From contig CATQHT010000003.1 of assembly GCA_958296045.1 (NCBI GenBank), positions 878,028 to 942,027 of the forward strand: DNA of 64,000 bases, read 5' to 3'. Source of the stretch: Rhodothermales bacterium (lineage in GTDB: Bacteria; Bacteroidota; Rhodothermia; Rhodothermales; Bin80). Below are positions 48,209 through 58,994 of the stretch, one piece after another. A program made the translations under genes and the position numbers. The notes under the pieces are model-generated. The model had not been told where the DNA came from. It searched no databases and saw nothing but the letters and a program-made list of their open reading frames with translations. Numbering within the stretch: the stretch's first letter is position 1; each line of letters starts with the position of its first letter.

Positions 48209-51200
48209 TTAGGCGCCATCCCTGCTGCTTAGAGCGACGAAGTCCTCTGACAGGATCTCATCGAGCGTCTCGACCAAGCGGTCCGCGTCTTTGGTGTTAA
48301 ACACCAGCGGCGGCTTAATTTTGAGCACATTGCCCCAGGGGCCGTCCGTAGAGATCAGCACTCCCCGCTCCCGCATCCTGTTGGCCACGTAGGCGGCTTG
48401 GGCCTTAGCCGGCGTCCGCAGCGCTCGGTCGAGCACCAGCTCCACCCCCAGAAACAGTCCGCGGCCGCGCACATCACCCACTGCCGCATGCGCCTCCCCT
48501 AGTGCATGAAGGCGCGCCTTCAGGTGGTTACCGGTTCGGAACGCATGATCCTGGAGATTCTCGTCACGCAGTACATCTAGCACCGCCATGCCTACAGCGC
48601 AGGACACGGGATTACCTCCAAACGTGCTGAAAAACTCCATCCCGTTGTTGAATGAATCCGCGATCGCGCGCGTCGTCACCACGCCTGCGAGCGGATGTCC
48701 ATTCCCCATCGGCTTACCTAAGACGACGATGTCGGGCACCACATCCTGCGTCTGAAAACCCCAGAAGTGGGATCCTACCCGTCCGAACCCCACCTGCACC
48801 TCGTCCGCGATGCAGACACCACCCGCTTGGCGAACAAGTGTGTAGACCGCCTGCAGGTATCCCTCGGGAAACTCCACCTGACCTCCGCATCCGAGCAGCG
48901 ATTCGCAGATAAAAGCGCACAGCGGGTGCTCTAGACGATCTATGGCGTCGCGCACACTTTTAGCATATTGCAGCGCGGCTTGGCTCCCGCGGTACTTTCC
49001 CCGATACGGGTCTGGGGCCAGCGCCATCTGAACGTGGGGCGGCGCCCCTTCACCACCCGGACCGGCAAACTTATACGGACTAATTGCGATTAGCGAGGTC
49101 AGGTGACCGTGGTATGCGCCATCGAGGACTACCATGCCCGTGGCCAGGGTATGGGCACGCGCTAGGCGCAGCGCTAGGTCGTTGGCCTCGCTCCCGGAAT
49201 TGACAAAAAAACACACGGACAACGGATCCGGCATCGTGGCAACCAGCCGCTGGGCATACTGCACTAGCGATGCATGCAGGTAGCGCGTGTTGGTGTTCAG
49301 AACCAACTGCTGCCGCTGCGCGGCGCGCACCACCCGGGGGTGGCAATGTCCCACATGAGGCACGTTGTTGACGGCATCCAAGTAGGCGCGTCCTTCGGCA
49401 TCATACAGGTGCTGCGCCAGGCCTCGTACGATATGGAGCGGCTCGCGGTAGCTGACGCTGAGATTCGCGCCGACATGGTGTGCTCGCGAGCGCCTGACTT
49501 GCGCCGCTGTCCAACGCCTGGGCAACTCCCGAAAGTAATGCTCTGGAATCCTCAGAATTAGGTTAGGGTCTGGACAGATCGCCAGCCATACCGCGCGCTG
49601 ACTCGCTGGGGCTACGCCCAGGCAAACGTCGGTCGCTGCGTCATCAAAAAGGTCCGCAAACAACTGAAAATGCAGGTGCGGTATCCACCCTCCGTTTTCT
49701 TTGATAGTGCCGAGTGCACCGAAGGCCTGGCCCTTCAGGACTGGCATGCCCGGCACCAATGCGTCGACCGACTTGTGACTCAGATGCCCATAAAGGGTGT
49801 AAAAGGTGTCGCCTTCCGCCTCGTGGCGCAGTACGACAAGCCCGCCGAAGTCGAGCGGTAGGTTGCACTGGCGCGCGACATGCACGGTGCCCTCCATGGG
49901 CGCAAACACGGGGCTACCTGCGGCCTGAAACAGGTCGATGCCCAGATGAATGGTCCGGCGTTCGTTGTACTCGTTATGGGGGTGTCGAAACTGGTCGCTG
50001 CCATAGATCAGGCGCGCCTCATTGTAGCGTCCGACGCCAATGCTTGCTCCTTTGCGCTTTAGCTGGGCGAATAGAGCTTGCGACGCACTGACCGGATCCT
50101 GCGCGGGCGAGCCCAGCTCCGGGCTGGCCACACTGAAGTCAAGCACCAGTGGCACCTTGCGATTTGGAGCCTGCTGCACTACGGGCGCAAAGGTGCCCGC
50201 TTGCCGCTTGAGCCATCCGACCACGCGCGTAGAGGCGGGGCAGATGTCGAAGTTGCAGGCTTCGCGGAACCGGTACGTCGCTAAGGATCGAGATTCCGCG
50301 CTGAGGCGCGCAAGAAGCTGCCAGGCCGGTGCTTCAGAAATCTTCAGATACCGGTTGTCCGGCTGAGAGCGGCCGCGATATGCAGACACTAATACGCTGC
50401 TGCAGAGCCTAGCTAAGACTAGGTCATACAATTGCGCTATCTCTTCCTCGAGCAGCGGAAATGCTTGGTGATATCCACGAATGACATGGACCGCCGCACC
50501 CACAGGGTCCGCCTTGTTCATCATCACGTAGGTCGCCGCTATGGCGACTTCGCAGATCAATGATGTATGCACCATGTCACCGAAATCCACGATCCCGCTG
50601 ATGCGAGACTGGTACCCGGCCTGTTCTACTAGAATATTCTGATCATTGGCGTCGTTATGAATCACACCTCGGCGCATTGGCCAGAGGCGGGGCAGAACGG
50701 ACACTTCATAGTGATCCAGGCAGCGCGCCGCTAATGCTCTCCGCTCTGCTCCGGTCACAAACGGCACTAGGTCCTGAAGCTCAGGCGCCCGCAACAGGTC
50801 CCAGGGCAGGCTCCGCGAAGCGTGAGGATGGCGAAAGTCTGCCAGATCCCGATCGAGACTGCCAAGGACAGTGCCCAGTCCTTCAAGAAGGTGCGGCATG
50901 GCACTAGGCCGCACCTCGCCCAAGGGCCTGCCTTCGAGGAAGGAAATCATCCAGATACGATGGCAGGCTCCACGGGCCCGGTGTGCAACGACTACCGGCT
51001 GCCCATCAGTGGCCATCACGACGCGCGGACAGTCGCTACGGCGAGTGGCAAGGAACTGCAGCGCGGCTACCTGCAGATCCAGTTCCGCCATGTCCGTGCG
51101 CGCATTGGACACCTTGAGTACATAACAAGAGTCCTTGGTCTGAATCAGGAAGTTCTGATCCATGTAGGACGGAAGGACAGCCGCCACGCCCCGTATGCCA

Positions 51201-51292
51201 TACCAATCCGCGGCCAGCCTTGCGGCTTCCTCGGTGGTGAAGGCTGGCGGCTCTCCGCTCAGCGCTGCGCCAATAAAGGAGTCAGTCTTCAT
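48209..51292 (-). CDS. Phosphotransferase (hydroxylysine-kinase-like) - M23 peptidase - class III PLP phospho-lyase fusion
   Basis: HNDANDQN and DFGD kinase motifs; HLGID and PHLHFQ M23 motifs; [32 protein letters not shown] class III motifs. Confidence 0.9.
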   Translation of the reverse strand: MKTDSFIGAALSGEPPAFTTEEAARLAADWYGIRGVAAVLPSYMDQNFLIQTKDSCYVLKVSNARTDMAELDLQVAALQFLATRRSDCPRVVMATDGQPVVVAHRARGACHRIWMISFLEGRPLGEVRPSAMPHLLEGLGTVLGSLDRDLADFRHPHASRSLPWDLLRAPELQDLVPFVTGAERRALAARCLDHYEVSVLPRLWPMRRGVIHNDANDQNILVEQAGYQSRISGIVDFGDMVHTSLICEVAIAATYVMMNKADPVGAAVHVIRGYHQAFPLLEEEIAQLYDLVLARLCSSVLVSAYRGRSQPDNRYLKISEAPAWQLLARLSAESRSLATYRFREACNFDICPASTRVVGWLKRQAGTFAPVVQQAPNRKVPLVLDFSVASPELGSPAQDPVSASQALFAQLKRKGASIGVGRYNEARLIYGSDQFRHPHNEYNERRTIHLGIDLFQAAGSPVFAPMEGTVHVARQCNLPLDFGGLVVLRHEAEGDTFYTLYGHLSHKSVDALVPGMPVLKGQAFGALGTIKENGGWIPHLHFQLFADLFDDAATDVCLGVAPASQRAVWLAICPDPNLILRIPEHYFRELPRRWTAAQVRRSRAHHVGANLSVSYREPLHIVRGLAQHLYDAEGRAYLDAVNNVPHVGHCHPRVVRAAQRQQLVLNTNTRYLHASLVQYAQRLVATMPDPLSVCFFVNSGSEANDLALRLARAHTLATGMVVLDGAYHGHLTSLIAISPYKFAGPGGEGAPPHVQMALAPDPYRGKYRGSQAALQYAKSVRDAIDRLEHPLCAFICESLLGCGGQVEFPEGYLQAVYTLVRQAGGVCIADEVQVGFGRVGSHFWGFQTQDVVPDIVVLGKPMGNGHPLAGVVTTRAIADSFNNGMEFFSTFGGNPVSCAVGMAVLDVLRDENLQDHAFRTGNHLKARLHALGEAHAAVGDVRGRGLFLGVELVLDRALRTPAKAQAAYVANRMRERGVLISTDGPWGNVLKIKPPLVFNTKDADRLVETLDEILSEDFVALSSRDGA

Positions 51293-52193
51293 CGTTCCAT
51301 GGCCGGAAGCATTGTGTCACTATGCTGTCCAATGAGGTACTCAGGACCTCCTGCAATGCAGCCAAAGGCGGTCGCACATGGCGCCATTCTGGATCACGGG
51401 TCCGGTACGCCATTATGGCCTTGAGCATGGGAATTACGGATTGCGCCTCCACGGCTGCCCGGATGCGGGTAATCCGGCGCAAGAGTTCTGCTGCGCGTCT
51501 TTCGTGCGCCTCCCGGTAGAGCGCCTGCACAAGGATACAGGTCACGTTGACGGTGGCACTGATGCATCCCGCGCCCCCTGCGCGGAGTACCGGGGGTAAC
51601 AGCGTTTCTGTGCCAGCAAAGAAGCGAAGCTCCGGCAATCGGTCCATCACATCCAACATGTGATTCAGGTTTCCGCTCGAGTCTTTCAATCCGGCGATGG
51701 CCTTCGGATAGGTCGACTTCAGGCATGCCACGAGCGCATGACTCAGTGGTACCGCGCTCATCTGAGGAAAATGGTAGAGGTAGATTCTAAGTCTGGCGTC
51801 CGCGACCGACTGTATCACCTGGTCGTACGCTGCATAAAGACCCTCATCGCCGGGGCGCTTATAATAGAAGGGAGGCAGCATGAGCACGGATGTGATGCCA
51901 CACTGGAGCGCATGCCGCGTAAGGGCTACCGTGTCAGGAATCGCCGCGCAGCCGGTCCCCACCATCATGCGCTCTGGGGGAAGCCCGGCCTCGAGCAGCT
52001 TTTCCAAGGTGTGTTGGCGCTCGGCCACGCTAAACGATGTGGCCTCCCCGGTGGTACCCATCAGGGCAACGCCGTCGCAGCCATGATTCAGCAGCCATCG
52101 GACATGCGCGGCGAAGCGATCTTCGTCAATGGACAGATCCGCGCGCAGCGGCGTCAGGCTGGCGGCATGAACACCGTCCGGTATTTCGCACAT
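51282..52193 (-). CDS. Dihydrodipicolinate synthase (DapA)-family aldolase/lyase
   Basis: GTTGE, PPFYY, YHFP, GLKDSSG (Schiff-base lysine); overlaps the downstream fusion gene by 11 bp. Confidence 0.9.
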   Translation of the reverse strand: MCEIPDGVHAASLTPLRADLSIDEDRFAAHVRWLLNHGCDGVALMGTTGEATSFSVAERQHTLEKLLEAGLPPERMMVGTGCAAIPDTVALTRHALQCGITSVLMLPPFYYKRPGDEGLYAAYDQVIQSVADARLRIYLYHFPQMSAVPLSHALVACLKSTYPKAIAGLKDSSGNLNHMLDVMDRLPELRFFAGTETLLPPVLRAGGAGCISATVNVTCILVQALYREAHERRAAELLRRITRIRAAVEAQSVIPMLKAIMAYRTRDPEWRHVRPPLAALQEVLSTSLDSIVTQCFRPWNDED

Positions 52194-52449
52194 CAGGGCA
52201 CCAGACCTAAAGAAGGGGGGTCTTTTTCTGCGCGCGGGTCGGACGCATCACATGGCACGAGGGGAACCGCCCCTGTCCGCCTCGCAGCGGAAAAGTACTG
52301 ATTCGGTCCGAAGTATTTCGCTCGCCTGCGTGCTCCGCAGCAGCTGAACGCGCTGGCGCCCCTGTGTGCCAGCAAATGATGCGACACTTTCTGGTCTTGA
52401 CCTAAGCAGGGCTTCGGTCAGCCGCGCGGCCGACTTTCCACTAAGCCAG

Positions 52450-53783
52450 TCACTACCTAATTATGACACCTGCTGACCCTCCTGGCAACACCCGTCTGGC
52501 CCATGCGCCGCCCACCGAAGTGGTGACGCGTCCCTCCCGTAGTCACTTTTCCAGAGCGTGCACGGAGCGCATCGTTTAGGAAGCGGATGCCTGTACGCGC
52601 CGCGGCCACTTCGGCGCACTTCTGCAACGCGAAGGGCTCTACAGTTCCGCGACTTCCCGCTGGCGAAAATAGCTCAACAAGAAGGCGCCAGTCATTACCC
52701 AAGCCAAGTGCAGCGTCCACGACGCTCAGACCCGGCGGCTAAAGGGCCTGGAGATTGCTCGACTACGGCGAAGACTGGCCAAAGCCATGGCCTCCTTGAT
52801 GCCCAAAACCCCGCTCACCGAAGTATTCTTGGACAGCGCGACCGTGCTGGAAGAACCGCCCTGATGCAAGACCTTGCCAACACGTCGGTCGGACTGAGCA
52901 TATCGCATGCCTGTCGGTAGCCGGGCGTGTCACGATCATGGTAATATCGCGCCATTATGCCCACACCCGCCTCCATGCCGCGCAAATTGTATGAGGGAGG
53001 CCGGCGCATATCAGAACCGGAGCAGGCGCACATGCGCAAGGTGTTAAGCTGCGAGCGCTTCTGCGATATGGTGCCACGTCACGTTTTTGCCTCCCTTCTG
53101 GACGAGGGACGCTACCTGTGCCATCGGCGAACGATTTACCAGATCCTATCCGAAGGCGACAGCACCCGCGAAAGACGCCGTCAGCGCTAGCATCCACGCT
53201 ATCGCAAGCCAGAACCGCTGGCTGCGCGCAGCAATACGCTGTGGTCCTGGGACAACACCAAACTCATAGGGACCGTACAAGTGGAGCCGCCGTGCACTCC
53301 AAGTCATCATAGATTTCTTCAGCCGATACGTCGTGGGATGGACCCTCGCCCGAAGGGACCCTCCATTTTGGTGCATACCTTGATCAAGATCACCTCCCAC
53401 CGCCAAGGCATACGACCCGGCCAACCGGTGATCCAAAGTAATCGGGGAAGTCCCATGACATCGAAGGTCGTCGCCCAGCTGCCCCACGATCTGCAAGTCG
53501 AACGATCGTTCACACGCCCGTACGCCTCCAACGGTATAATCCTAGGCAAGCTGAACGGTGAATCCGATCCAAGATGGACACCCAACCCGAACGCTTTGCA
53601 ACGGACCACCCACGGCCGAAATGCCGCCCAAATCCGCCTGGATTAACAATCCAAACGCAGGCCCTGACAGCCTGGAAACGGCGACATCAGGAGCGAACCT
53701 ATCGCAGTCCAAGGCGCAGTCCCACCCGAAATGCTACCGAACGCCGATTCCAAAAGGTGTGTCATAATCGTTGACACCTTCCG
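52450..53783 (+). mobile_element. IS3-family element relic (orfA + orfB, degenerate) with both ends
   Basis: orfA fragment EADACT..G.FGALLQREGLYSS; orfB fragments LLDEGRYLC..RTIY, WSWD, SNRGSPMTS, SFTRPYASN; left end ATTATGACAC near 52460 is inverted relative to right end GTGTCATAATCGTTGACACCTTCCG. Confidence 0.85.
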
Positions 53784-54058
53784 GCTCGCGGAAATATGTG
53801 CTCGGTTCAAGCTTCATAACTCGGGACTCTCGCCCGCTCTATTGTACCCATTAGCCTGGCGCACGTACAGAGCACCCTCGGACACCAAGGCCTTACCGCT
53901 ACCTCCCGATATGTGCATGCACGACCCCACGGCTCCATCGGAAACTATCAGGTACTCTGAAGACCGCGTCAGCCGGTCTCCCGACCCCGCCGCGCTGTCC
54001 GCTCCTTGGTTGGGACATTCGCCGCTGCAGAAGTTTCAAGCAGCTGGACGCCGTCCAA

Positions 54059-54271
54059 TCAGGTAGCATCCTTGGGTCGCCCACAAGCATGGCAATGACT
54101 GGGAGGCGTCGCCGGCAGTGGCGGCAACGTAATGTACTTCCGATCCGAAGTAGATTTCATGACCTGAATGTCCTTAACGATGGCTTCAGGATCGTAGTTG
54201 AACTTCGCTGCATACGCCTCGCGTCTTGCACGCAACTCAGCCAAAATCGGGTCCGCCGGTGGGTTTTTCAT
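54059..54271 (-). CDS. Small hypothetical protein, putative partner/antitoxin of the PIN gene
   Basis: DPILAELRARREAYAAKFNYDPEAIVKDIQ, the kind of small protein commonly found downstream of this PIN family; overlaps the PIN 3' end. Confidence 0.7.
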   Translation of the reverse strand: MKNPPADPILAELRARREAYAAKFNYDPEAIVKDIQVMKSTSDRKYITLPPLPATPPSHCHACGRPKDAT

Positions 54272-54746
54272 AGGGTACCTCCATTAATGCAGCCGGTGTG
54301 CAGATCACTGCCGGCCTGTGGTTCAATGCACGATATGCGCGATTAATCCTGGGAAGTTGCACCGGATTCGCAATATGCTTGAAATTCCACGTCACCAGGT
54401 AATTCGTACGATTGACCGCGGCGATGGCGATATGGGTCGCATCGGCGGCTGCCTTGCGTGGCAAAGCGCCTTGACTCAGCAATTCATCGACCAACGCTAT
54501 CACCGCTGCAGTGGTGTCGAGCACCATAACACTATTCAATACTGCCATGCGGGCGCGTACTCCATGCGCATTGCCCGCTCCGGCTTCATCCACTACCAAA
54601 TCCGATGCCACCAGGGTGTACTGCTGCGCCGCCATACGCCCCCAATCACGGGTGGCCTGCTGACGTCCCGCGACAACCAAGTCACGGGAAGGATGTGCCA
54701 CCAGATAGCTGACCACGCTGGTTTCCAGATACACAGAAGGCAGCAT
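54237..54746 (-). CDS. PIN-domain (VapC-like) protein
   Basis: VYLETSVVSYL, E, DATHIAIA, LVTWNFKHIAN, ICTP motifs. Confidence 0.88.
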   Translation of the reverse strand: MLPSVYLETSVVSYLVAHPSRDLVVAGRQQATRDWGRMAAQQYTLVASDLVVDEAGAGNAHGVRARMAVLNSVMVLDTTAAVIALVDELLSQGALPRKAAADATHIAIAAVNRTNYLVTWNFKHIANPVQLPRINRAYRALNHRPAVICTPAALMEVPYEKPTGGPDFG

Positions 54747-55583
54747 ACCGCGGGAATAAACGCCACGACAAAATACGGGAGACGCATCTTACAGCCCCAG
54801 ATCTTGCTCATGGATCCGTTCCTGGTGCACGAGGTAGTTCACCATATCCAGGATTCCGCTTTCAATGCCGCGCTCATGCGCCTCTCCTGTTACCTCGCTA
54901 TACTGATGCTCCGGTGTCCACCTCCAACACCGTGCCAACAGCCTGGTCGCGCTGCTGCTTCACCTGGTGCACATCGCATTGGTGTTCCTTCCGCGTTTGG
55001 GTTAGCGTCTCTTCGCCCAATCCAGAGTGGACCTGCGGGTGCCGTAAGTCGAGGCCACCGCATACATAGGCGAACCACGGCAGCGGGAAATGAGATGCAA
55101 CTTGGCTCGGGGACAATTCTGCAGACGACGTCTGCAGAATTGGCGGACGGCCAGACGCTCCAGACGCTGCCTGGAGGATTCGCTCAGGTGGATACACTTG
55201 GTAGAATAAACGTATCTGCCGATACTCTGGCGAGAAAACCCTCGACAAAATCGCTTCGTCAAATTTTCCGACAGCCTTTAAATGAGCATTGCCACCAGCA
55301 GGCCGCCGACGCCGTACAGCTCAGGAAGGCTTAGGGCAGTTTTCCGAGGGTCCGCGCCTGATCCAATCCAAGCGGCGGGAGTCAAACAGCGGGAATTCAG
55401 ACAAGATTTGGTCGAGGCCTTCGATGCTGCTGCCGGGCTGCCGGGATAGCTTCACAACCGAGACCTAGACGGCCCTCGACCACGCTTTGGATCGCTAATT
55501 CGACCGCAGCTCCTGGGGTGACTTGGGGATAGGACAGCGTCCTCTCTTCCGAAATCCAACCCCAAGTCAGTGGGGGCATGTCG

Positions 55584-56579
55584 TTAGACTTTGGCCGTGA
55601 ACATTCTCAACTCGTCCGATATGGGGAGCATGAAAGTTTCCGTTCGCGACGTTCCGAGAGTGGATACCGCGAACCGGTATTCCCGCTCGCCAGAGAACCT
55701 TGTCCTCTTCGTGAACCATGCCCGCGACGCCGGAGAGAGGTCGACGTAGTCCTCCTTCGATCTCACGACGCCGGATTGGTCCTCGTATACGACGGGGCCG
55801 TGGTAGACGTGGACGAACTTGTCTACTCAATGCTCACCTTCCCACAGGCTCGTTGAATATGAGCTTTGTCGATAGGCCCGTTCGTCTGGGTCGTCGAGCT
55901 TAACATGCTTGAACTTGTCGACACTGATCGCGAAATCGATGCCCAACTGCATTGCGAAATCTTCCAGATCCCGGATCGAAGTGATGGCTCCATAGTTGGG
56001 GAATCTCGCCCTCAGTCGCTGCGTGTCGGCGTCATTTGCAGGTGCAATTGACGTGCAGTAAATCCATGGTTCGCCGGGCCAAGAGGAGAGCCTCAACGAT
56101 ACCCTGGAAACGTGGGGGTAGGAGCCAGCCGTCCCCAAGGCAAGCTCCTGCTGCAACCAAGGCGTGCCGTCCTTCGTTAAGCAACCATCGTGCGGATCAA
56201 TGGATTCGTGATTGGGGCTCTCGCTTTTTCGATAGTAAGCTGGCGTTGCCAGCCGGAGTTCTCGCGCACGATATGGGGCAAAGCGCCGGTACGATAGCTT
56301 CACGAGGTTCTCAACCTGTGGCAGCGCGACCGAGCCGCCGTTGACTCTGTGAATGAGAACTAGGTAGCATTCCCTACGAAGGACGTTGTGGACCAAGATC
56401 ACCTGGGTGATAGGCAAAGGTTTCGCTTGCTTGATCCCGATGCTGGCTCTCACCTGTTGCTCAGCCTCAATGGCTTTCTGGTTCAGCAAGTCTGGTACGT
56501 CAGAGCCGCATCGGGTAAAGATCCAGTCTCCCTGGCGCCAGCTATAGCCTTCCTCGATGCGTCTATTGTTGCTCATCAT
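55584..56579 (-). pseudogene. DUF2971-like hypothetical protein with a single in-frame TGA
   Basis: ORFs 55827-56831 and 55584-55766 share a frame, separated by TGA at 55827-55829; motifs LRLATPAYYR, WIYCTS, HGPVVY, WFTKRTRFSGEREYRF. Confidence 0.6.
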
Positions 56580-56639
56580 CTGCAAATTTACGGGTTTCAA
56601 TGGGTGGTGACTTCGAATCAGCGCACGATCAAAATTCCA

Positions 56640-56756
56640 ACTGTGCGCATAAGAGTAGCGGATTGGTCTGCGCTTCGAATTGCGGGAGGTTCGGTCCTGG
56701 TGCCAACGCTTCACGGCGCTCCGGGTATGCGTTTGGCATGTTGATTCAGGCGGACA
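56640..56756 (-). mobile_element. Short relic of the IS3-family right-end region
   Basis: TTCGAATTGCGGGAGGTTCGGTCCTGGTGCC...TTGATTCAGGCGGA matches 20368-20450 and 58662-58742. Confidence 0.6.
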
Positions 56757-56769
56757 ATAGGAAGGCATT

Positions 56770-57010
56770 TGCCCATCACCGGCAAATCGCCCGGGCCCTT
56801 TCGGCCTTGTTTTACCCTGCAGCCGCACCACTTAAAGGAGCGTGGCCTGAACAAGCACACCAATGGTCTGGTACGGCAGCCCTTTCCGAAAGCAGCCAAC
56901 TTCCGCACGCCTACACCGGCAGCGGTAATGCGAATCCAGACGATATTGAACGATTGTCCACGTAATGGCTTGGCTTACCGCACATCGGCGGACGTCTCCT
57001 TTGGTGTATG
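56770..57010 (+). mobile_element. IS30-family transposase C-terminal relic
   Basis: PHHLKERGLNKHTNGLVRQPFPK...ILNDCPRNGLAYRTSADV matches the IS30 pattern ERG.NE.TNGL.RQ.FPK...LN.RPRK.L.YRTP. Confidence 0.8.
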
Positions 57011-57415
57011 GTAGACGGCAGCAGTCGCTGTTGATGTGTGCACAGGGTCTGACCTAGACCGTGAGCAGAAGCCATCGCACCCAGATCCGCTCCTCGCAGC
57101 AGTCCAGCGTACGTAGATGGACTGACTCTGGCGTGTTATCACCTGGACTTGTAAGCCACGATACCGTCGACAAACGGCATCATGCATGCGTGCGCGCAGA
57201 GGGAAGGGTACGCTTGCCCCGCTGACGCCGAAGCTCTTGGGGCCCCAAGCGCTGTTTCAGTCTGCTCGACGCCGTTCCATCTTTGATCGGGCTTCGCCCT
57301 CCCTTCAATGGAACGGCCCCCTTCCTGCTCTCTTCGCTAACCTCTGACCTCTGCCTCTATTTGCGAACACACTGACCTGATTGCATATGTTCCGCTTCGG
57401 AGTAAAATTGGGAAA

Positions 57416-58255
57416 TCAAGAATCAGGCTGCTGATTGCCAAAGACATGTGAGGCGGTCTGCCCTTCGTAGACACCGACCTGCCCCAACACCACGTACTTC
57501 ATATACAGGCGCCAAATTGCCTGCCATTGCTCGGACAAAGGGTCGGCTATTTCCACCGGCAGGCCAAACTTCTCCGCGTCCGCTGCGGAAATCACCGCAC
57601 TATGGCTCTTTGACCCTTTTATCAAGGTCTCCCTGAGGGCATCACACAGCTTTTCAATCGTCTCATTGCTGCGACACGACACCGACGCTAATGCCTCTTT
57701 GACCATGTCTTCGGTTCGGTCAATCTGGTCACGCGCCTGCTCCACCATCAGCGCGGTCACCGGCTCCAGCAGGGAGATATAAAACTGGAAGGCTTGGGGA
57801 TTCTGCCGGATGCCATTCTCCGCCCCATCAACGGCAGCGATGATAGCCCGGGCGGAGGCCAACGATCCATCGCGGAGTCGAAACTGAGGATCCACGGGAC
57901 CGAGATCACTAGTTGGCCCCATGTAGATTCGGTGAGCTCCCAACACGAGGAGCGTGCCCGCGCTCTTAGCTTGATCGGTTACAATGACCGTGAACCTTTG
58001 GCACCGGGCTTGGATCTGCCGAATAAGCCGAAGTGCGGTCTCACCGTCGCCGCCCTGTGTAACCAGTATCAGGTGGAGATCCTGGTCTGGACTGGCATCA
58101 AAGAGGGTCTCCTCGAGCAAAGATACGCTGTGCGGATAGAGCCTATCGGACATAACTACCAATCGGCAGTTATGCTCTTCCTGATACTCGCGGATCAGGG
58201 CTTGACGCTCGTAACGTAACAGCGTGGACGGCCTCGTAGAAAGGGCTGCGAGCAC
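57416..58255 (-). CDS. SDH-family ClpP-fold serine protease, copy 2 (+1 frameshift near native start; open from alternative GTG)
   Basis: TQGGD, DQAKSAGT, SDLGPVDPQ, SH motifs; the likely native start GTG 58259 reads VSARSPFYEAVHA and is one base out of frame with RYERQ. Confidence 0.85.
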   Translation of the reverse strand: MLAALSTRPSTLLRYERQALIREYQEEHNCRLVVMSDRLYPHSVSLLEETLFDASPDQDLHLILVTQGGDGETALRLIRQIQARCQRFTVIVTDQAKSAGTLLVLGAHRIYMGPTSDLGPVDPQFRLRDGSLASARAIIAAVDGAENGIRQNPQAFQFYISLLEPVTALMVEQARDQIDRTEDMVKEALASVSCRSNETIEKLCDALRETLIKGSKSHSAVISAADAEKFGLPVEIADPLSEQWQAIWRLYMKYVVLGQVGVYEGQTASHVFGNQQPDS

Positions 58256-58499
58256 TCACGGTCGTCGCGTAGGTGACTCCACTGTAATAGGAAACTTTGG
58301 ATGTTGAAAGACGATGGGCTTGTTCTTGCGCATCTTGCGGGCTAGGTCCCGTGCTTAGCGAGCGAGTGCGATCTGCTCACGCCAATCGGGGTCAAAGTCA
58401 GCTGGGGGCTGCAGCACGGGGGATCCCTTGGGATTTGGGGATGTCGTCTGAGCGTCGGGGTATTGCCCTTCCAAAGGGCGTGATTCAGCAATTTCGCAT
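58256..58499 (-). pseudogene. Small partner ORF of SDH protease copy 2, with in-frame TAA; start uncertain
   Basis: VLQPPADFDPDWREQIALAR*ARDLARKMRKNK; TAA at 58355-58357 aligns to Lys (AAA) in copy 1; ends with a GTGA overlap. Confidence 0.6.
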
Positions 58500-58591
58500 C
58501 TCCTCCGAGTCGTGGTCGGTATCTCAATGTACGATTCTCCTCGGACACAGCCGCGGATTGTCTGGATAGGCCGTACCTGGAGTCGAAACTG

Positions 58592-58960
58592 CGGAATGTG
58601 TCAGTAATTGTGACACACTCTTCGGAACCAGCGTACGGTGGCATTTCGGGTTGTTCTACGTTTCGGAATGCGAGAGGTTCGCTCCTGATGCCAGCGTGTC
58701 ATGGCTTTCGGGGTACGCAATGGGCGTGTTGATCCAGGCGGATTCGGGCGGCATCGCGGCGGCGGGTGGTTCGTTGACAAAGCGCTCGGGCTGATCGTCG
58801 TACGCCTTGCTGAGCTCGGTCTGTCGAGCCGTCTTTACAGTCTTGGCGACTCCGTAGGAAACTGCAGCGGGCTGCATGAGCGCCAGTTCAGATGTAGCAA
58901 CGTTCGTGATTATATCATTGAAAGAAGCGGTCAGCCCAGGCTCTGGCATCCTGGAATGAT
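58592..58960 (-). mobile_element. IS3-family relic: orfB C-terminus and right end
   Basis: LALMQPAAVSYG...RQTELSKAYDDQPERFVNEPP..AMPPESAWIN; terminal GTGTCACAATTACTGACACATTCCG. Confidence 0.8.
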
Positions 58961-58994
58961 CCGAAGCGCCGCGGGTAGTTGGCAGCCTGCCAGG

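Noticed and set aside
52200-52440. Possible lysine riboswitch upstream of the DapA-like gene
   Set aside because: The conserved lysine-riboswitch motifs could not be matched by eye.
54318-55334. 338-aa plus-strand ORF
   Set aside because: Antisense shadow of the PIN gene; no motifs.
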